From: Stegostoma tigrinum
Lineage: Eukaryota
Assembly: GCF_030684315.1 (NCBI RefSeq)
Contig: NC_081391.1
Span: forward strand, 20,668,629 to 20,732,628
Length of the DNA: 64,000 nucleotides
Direction of reading: 5' to 3'
A model generated the notes under the pieces. The model did no database searches, was not told where the DNA came from, and saw only the letters and a list, made by a program, of their open reading frames with translations. A program made the position numbers and the translations under genes. This document shows, piece by piece, positions 59,979-64,000 of this stretch. Position 1 is the stretch's first letter. Each line of letters begins with the position of its first letter.

Positions 59979-62740
59979 TTTCTCCACATGCTTGACTTTC
60001 TTACTGTTATGTCATGGACACTTGTCTGTAATGGAGATTGGTTGTGTGACTTTCCTCAAGTTGAAACTGATAGAATTCTCGAAATCAGAGTTTCCCAATA
60101 CATCTCAGGAAATTCAACCCTGGAGATGCTATTGTGTACAATTGCTCCTGTATTCGCCCATCTCTTGATGAATTGACACATCGCTCATCAGGTTCATAAG
60201 AGGTCAGTGATCCTGATAATAATCACAACAGTTGATGACAAACATCACTCAGTCTAAATGTTCTTTTCCTTCTGCAAATGTTGACTTTAAAATGAGAGGT
60301 ATTTGTGAGACAAGATTTAACATTTGATACTTGGAGAGCCTTGGGATGTAACTTGAGCCTTTCTGCTTTTATTCATGCAGCGTGTTGTATGCCCATCGGA
60401 CAGTGCGGGTACAGACAATAGTTCCCAACAGTTGGCATCTGTCAAGGGGGTCATCTCAAAGTGGTCAATGCACAGTCACATGAACGGGTGAAAACAAAAC
60501 ATCCTTTCACTGTTTTGTGAGCTGTAGAATTTGGAACGTAACCAGCCAGCTGTTTGAGAACTGAAACAAGACCATGTCGAATGTGATCACAACTACGGTA
60601 CTATTTGTAACTAACCAGGAGAGGACTTGCCAGAGCAGAGCCGAAATAGAGGGAATCATGAGTTCAGAGGCAACAATGGCCATCGGGGTGTTGGTGCTGT
60701 CACAGATATACTTCTGCTTTCAGCTCTCTGTGACCATTTACGCCTCAGAACAAGTTTAATGATGGCCTGCCTTCACACACTACCTGTTATTAGTCGCTAA
60801 CAATCCTCATTAACAGCTATTCACCCTCTTAGCCACATTGTTATCAACTCCTTTGTCTGTCCATCTGCTCTTGTGTGTTCTATCCTTTATCCAACCTTTT
60901 AATCCCTACCCCATCCCCATCCCTATCTTCTGCATATGAACTGACATTTTCCAAGCAGCCATTTATTCTGAGGAAGGGTTACCGGACCTGAAATGTTAGC
61001 TCCGAAATTTACTTCACAGATGCTGACAGTGACAGACCTGCTGTGCTTTTCCAGCAATTTCTGTTTCTGTCATTGATGGTGGGGGAAAGTGTTTGGAATG
61101 CATTGAACATAGGGAATGATTGTGAAGCATTTAGATCCAGGGGCTGGACTTATTTCCTGAGCAAGAGCACGTCAGCCCATCAGACACATGGAGAACTGCA
61201 AGAAACACTTTCAATAATTTGGTGGAATTGAAGAGATTGTTCCATTTCTGGTTCCTGCAAACAATCAGCAGAACCCCACCAACATGGGTCAAAATTTCAC
61301 CTCTGCTCATGAAGAATCTCTCAGTAATGTTCAGAATCACTTTAACGGATACTTTCAACTCCTCAACCTACCAGTGCAAAGCAAGATTTCATTTTAAATG
61401 GGTGACCAGTTGCTCTAAGCTCTCCCAAAAAGGGGTGTCCTCCCCACAACCATCAGTCAAGTCCCTGTTGCTCAACAAGGATTAGCAGATAAAAGTTTGT
61501 CCTGCACCTCATCAACACGAAGCCCCTCCCCAACTTGTCTGCAAAAGGCCTTATCTGAACCCCTTATGCAGTAGTGGTGTGGGTATCCTCTAGCTTCCTC
61601 TCACCACCCAAAGAGGTGCACACTGGCTGGATTGGCTGTGAGAAATTGCTAAGTGTTCAAGTATTTTGCAAGATAGGTGGGTTATAAGGGAATGGGTCAG
61701 CATGGAATTGTTGGGCCAAAGGGCCCTTTTCCCACACTGTAGGGATTTGGGAATGCCATGATTGTAATTTCTTGGAGAGGAGATAAATGAATCTTAAACT
61801 CCAGCTCTGCTCAACTCAAACATACCTTGTACTCCAATGCACACAACAGGGCATTAACTTCTCCCCCTGGTGGGAGTGGGATCATTCTTCAGGCCAAGAA
61901 AAAAAACCATGTCCTGACACGATTTGAGAAGAGTATCAAAGATGCTTTACTTTGAAGCTGAAAGCATCAAGACTTCTTTTCTTTTAAGTAGCTCTACCAC
62001 GCCTCCTGCCCTGCAATGTCATTGGCCTGGGAGTGTTTGACAGCAGGGGCCTAACCGGCTTTTCCTCTTGCTAAAAGACAGCATTTTCACCCTTTTCTAG
62101 TTCTGTGATCTAGCTCAATGATGTTTCCAAATGACATATCAGACCATAAGACTGAGCAGAAGTAAGGCCATTCGGCCCATCAAGTCCACTCAGCCATTTA
62201 AACCATGGCTGATGGGCATTTCAACACCACTTCCCTGCAGCCCTTTATTCCTTTTGAGATCAAGAATTTGTCAATCTCTGCTGCACAGTGTTGAACTAGG
62301 TCATGATTGTAAATACATGCCGTTGAAATGGAAGAAGTCCCTTAATGCAGTAAACGGAGTAGCCAATTTTCATCCTGCATTCTCAACCCAACACCAAAAG
62401 CCTCATGCAGCTCAACTGTAGCCTGGAGAGGTAGCCTAGCACTGGATAACATTTAGGGAGCCAGAAGGAATGCCAATATTAAAGTTTACCCACCATCAGT
62501 TCAAACAGCTAGCAATCTTTTGTCTGGATTGCTGTGCATGGAATGAGCAACACAGCAGCATGTCAGTTTCACTGAAATTTATTTCCATACCCAGAGAGAA
62601 AGAAGAACAGGCTTATGTTAGCATTCTACACAAAGTAGAAAACGGTGCCAAAGCTCAGCTGAGTGTGAGCCTGTCAAACAGGTACTCTCCCATGCCATTG
62701 TCAGGGGCTCCCAGTCTCTTCAGGTTGGTGATGTGCTCTC
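59979..62740. repeat. Older direct paralog of about 44517-47163 (3' flank of the LTLS-type ferritin)
   Basis: Collinear similarity (e.g. ORFs 45820..46032 vs 61219..61485), visibly more diverged than the palindrome arms. Confidence 0.8.
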
Positions 62741-63616
62741 CCAGCTTCTTGATCATCCTCACTTGCTCATCCAGGTAGTGCCTCTCCAGGAAGTCACACA
62801 GCTGGAGGAAACAAGAGTAATTAGTTCAGACAGACATGTTTGGATTGGCCTTCCTTGGTGTTACTATTATGGATAGCTACAGCAACTGGCGATCTCCAAG
62901 AACAGGCTAGAAACAGCCTCCTGAGCTACAGGTGTTACAGAAGGCAGAGCAAAGCTGACTTGTCCACATTTGCCAAGCTAATTCATTTAATTGGCCATAA
63001 TCCCTATAATAGCTTACACACTGAATACTACATCAAATTAGTCACAGACAATTAGCACAAGTGCTTTTTGCACCAAAACAAGCTTGCATGGACATTGGTC
63101 AATATGCAGGGCAGGGCAGATTCCACTATCACCTTCAATACCCTGATGATTGATCATCAGTAACTCACATGAGGGTCCATATGGCCAGAGGAGAGTTTGT
63201 GCAGATCGAGCAGACTCTGGTTCACATCCTTCTCCATCTGCAGAGCTCTCTGCATTGCCTCCAGGCCATTGCCCCACTCATCCTGCTCTGGCTTCTGGAG
63301 GGAGGGAAGAGACAGATGCTTCACTCATGTGAAAAGTGAAGGGAAGTGCAATGCAGTGAGTTGGAAAGGCAACTAGGAACTAATGTGCCATATAGCATTA
63401 TCCCAGTAGAATTCAAGCTTCAAATCCATGTCTAGTTCAGGTCATTACAATGTAGGCGGATAGACCAACCTTGATGTCCTGCAGGAGGACTCGGCCCCCA
63501 CGTTTATTCTGGAATGCCATCAGTTTCTCAGCATGTTCCCATTCCTCTTGGGACTGCTCCTTGAAGAACTCAGCAAAGTGACGCAGGGCAACATCATCCC
63601 GGTCAAAGTAAGAGAA
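62655..63616 (-). CDS. Ferritin heavy-chain-like gene, exons 2-4 (exon 1 presumably beyond the window end); short C-terminus LTLS*
   Basis: Exons 63616-63470 ([49 protein letters not shown]), 63294-63169, 62801-62655 ([27 protein letters not shown]...DRLTLS*). Open frame with canonical splice sites. Confidence 0.85.
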
Positions 63617-64000
63617 CTGTGGGGAGAAGAGGACAAAGCGGCCAAGTCAGCAAAGCTCCAGATCTCATCCAGCCAGAGCTTCAGCAAGAGCTTGTGTAGT
63701 TTTTCTTTTAAAAAGACAAAGAATGAAGCATTCAAATCCTGTCTATACAGACAATATAGGACCATATTAGACTGGGTATACAGAGTGCAGTACTAGAGAC
63801 AAGTGTACGAATGTCTATGTCATTTGACTGACAAGCAGCTTCAATTGCTTGTGCAACTGAAAGATTTGGGTGTTGGGGAAATGTGGAATAGTTAAGGAAG
63901 TGGATATTGAGGCAGAGTTACTGGTTAGCTAGAAGATTACTGTAGAATGTACACCAAATGACCATGATCTTACTACAAATAGTGATCACAGCTACAGGTC

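Overview
Eukaryotic (vertebrate) DNA, most likely from a shark or other elasmobranch: it carries HE1-like SINE bodies, CR1/HER1-type LINE tails and Penelope tails of the kind found in these fish. The window is a cluster of 4-exon ferritin heavy-chain-like genes (exons 102/147/126/156 nt, about 176 aa). Four are apparently intact (3465-6295 +, 12583-16134 +, 40122-43635 -, 50874-53707 -) and one runs off the right edge (62655-63616 -). There are also six pseudogenes or fragments. Most of the window is one large imperfect palindrome: about 1-21050 mirrors about 35175-57172. The intact genes lie in the arms, pointing inward, and decayed genes lie in the roughly 14-kb spacer. Penelope-like retroelements (RT + GIY-YIG, two families, with hammerhead-like cores in their tails) sit at five rearrangement or insertion points, including the strand switch. 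The ferritins keep the H-type ferroxidase ligands but have no recognisable intact iron-responsive element (IRE). Several 23-33 bp micro-inversions or fold-backs distinguish the paralogous copies. Identity levels quoted are by-eye estimates, not computed alignments.
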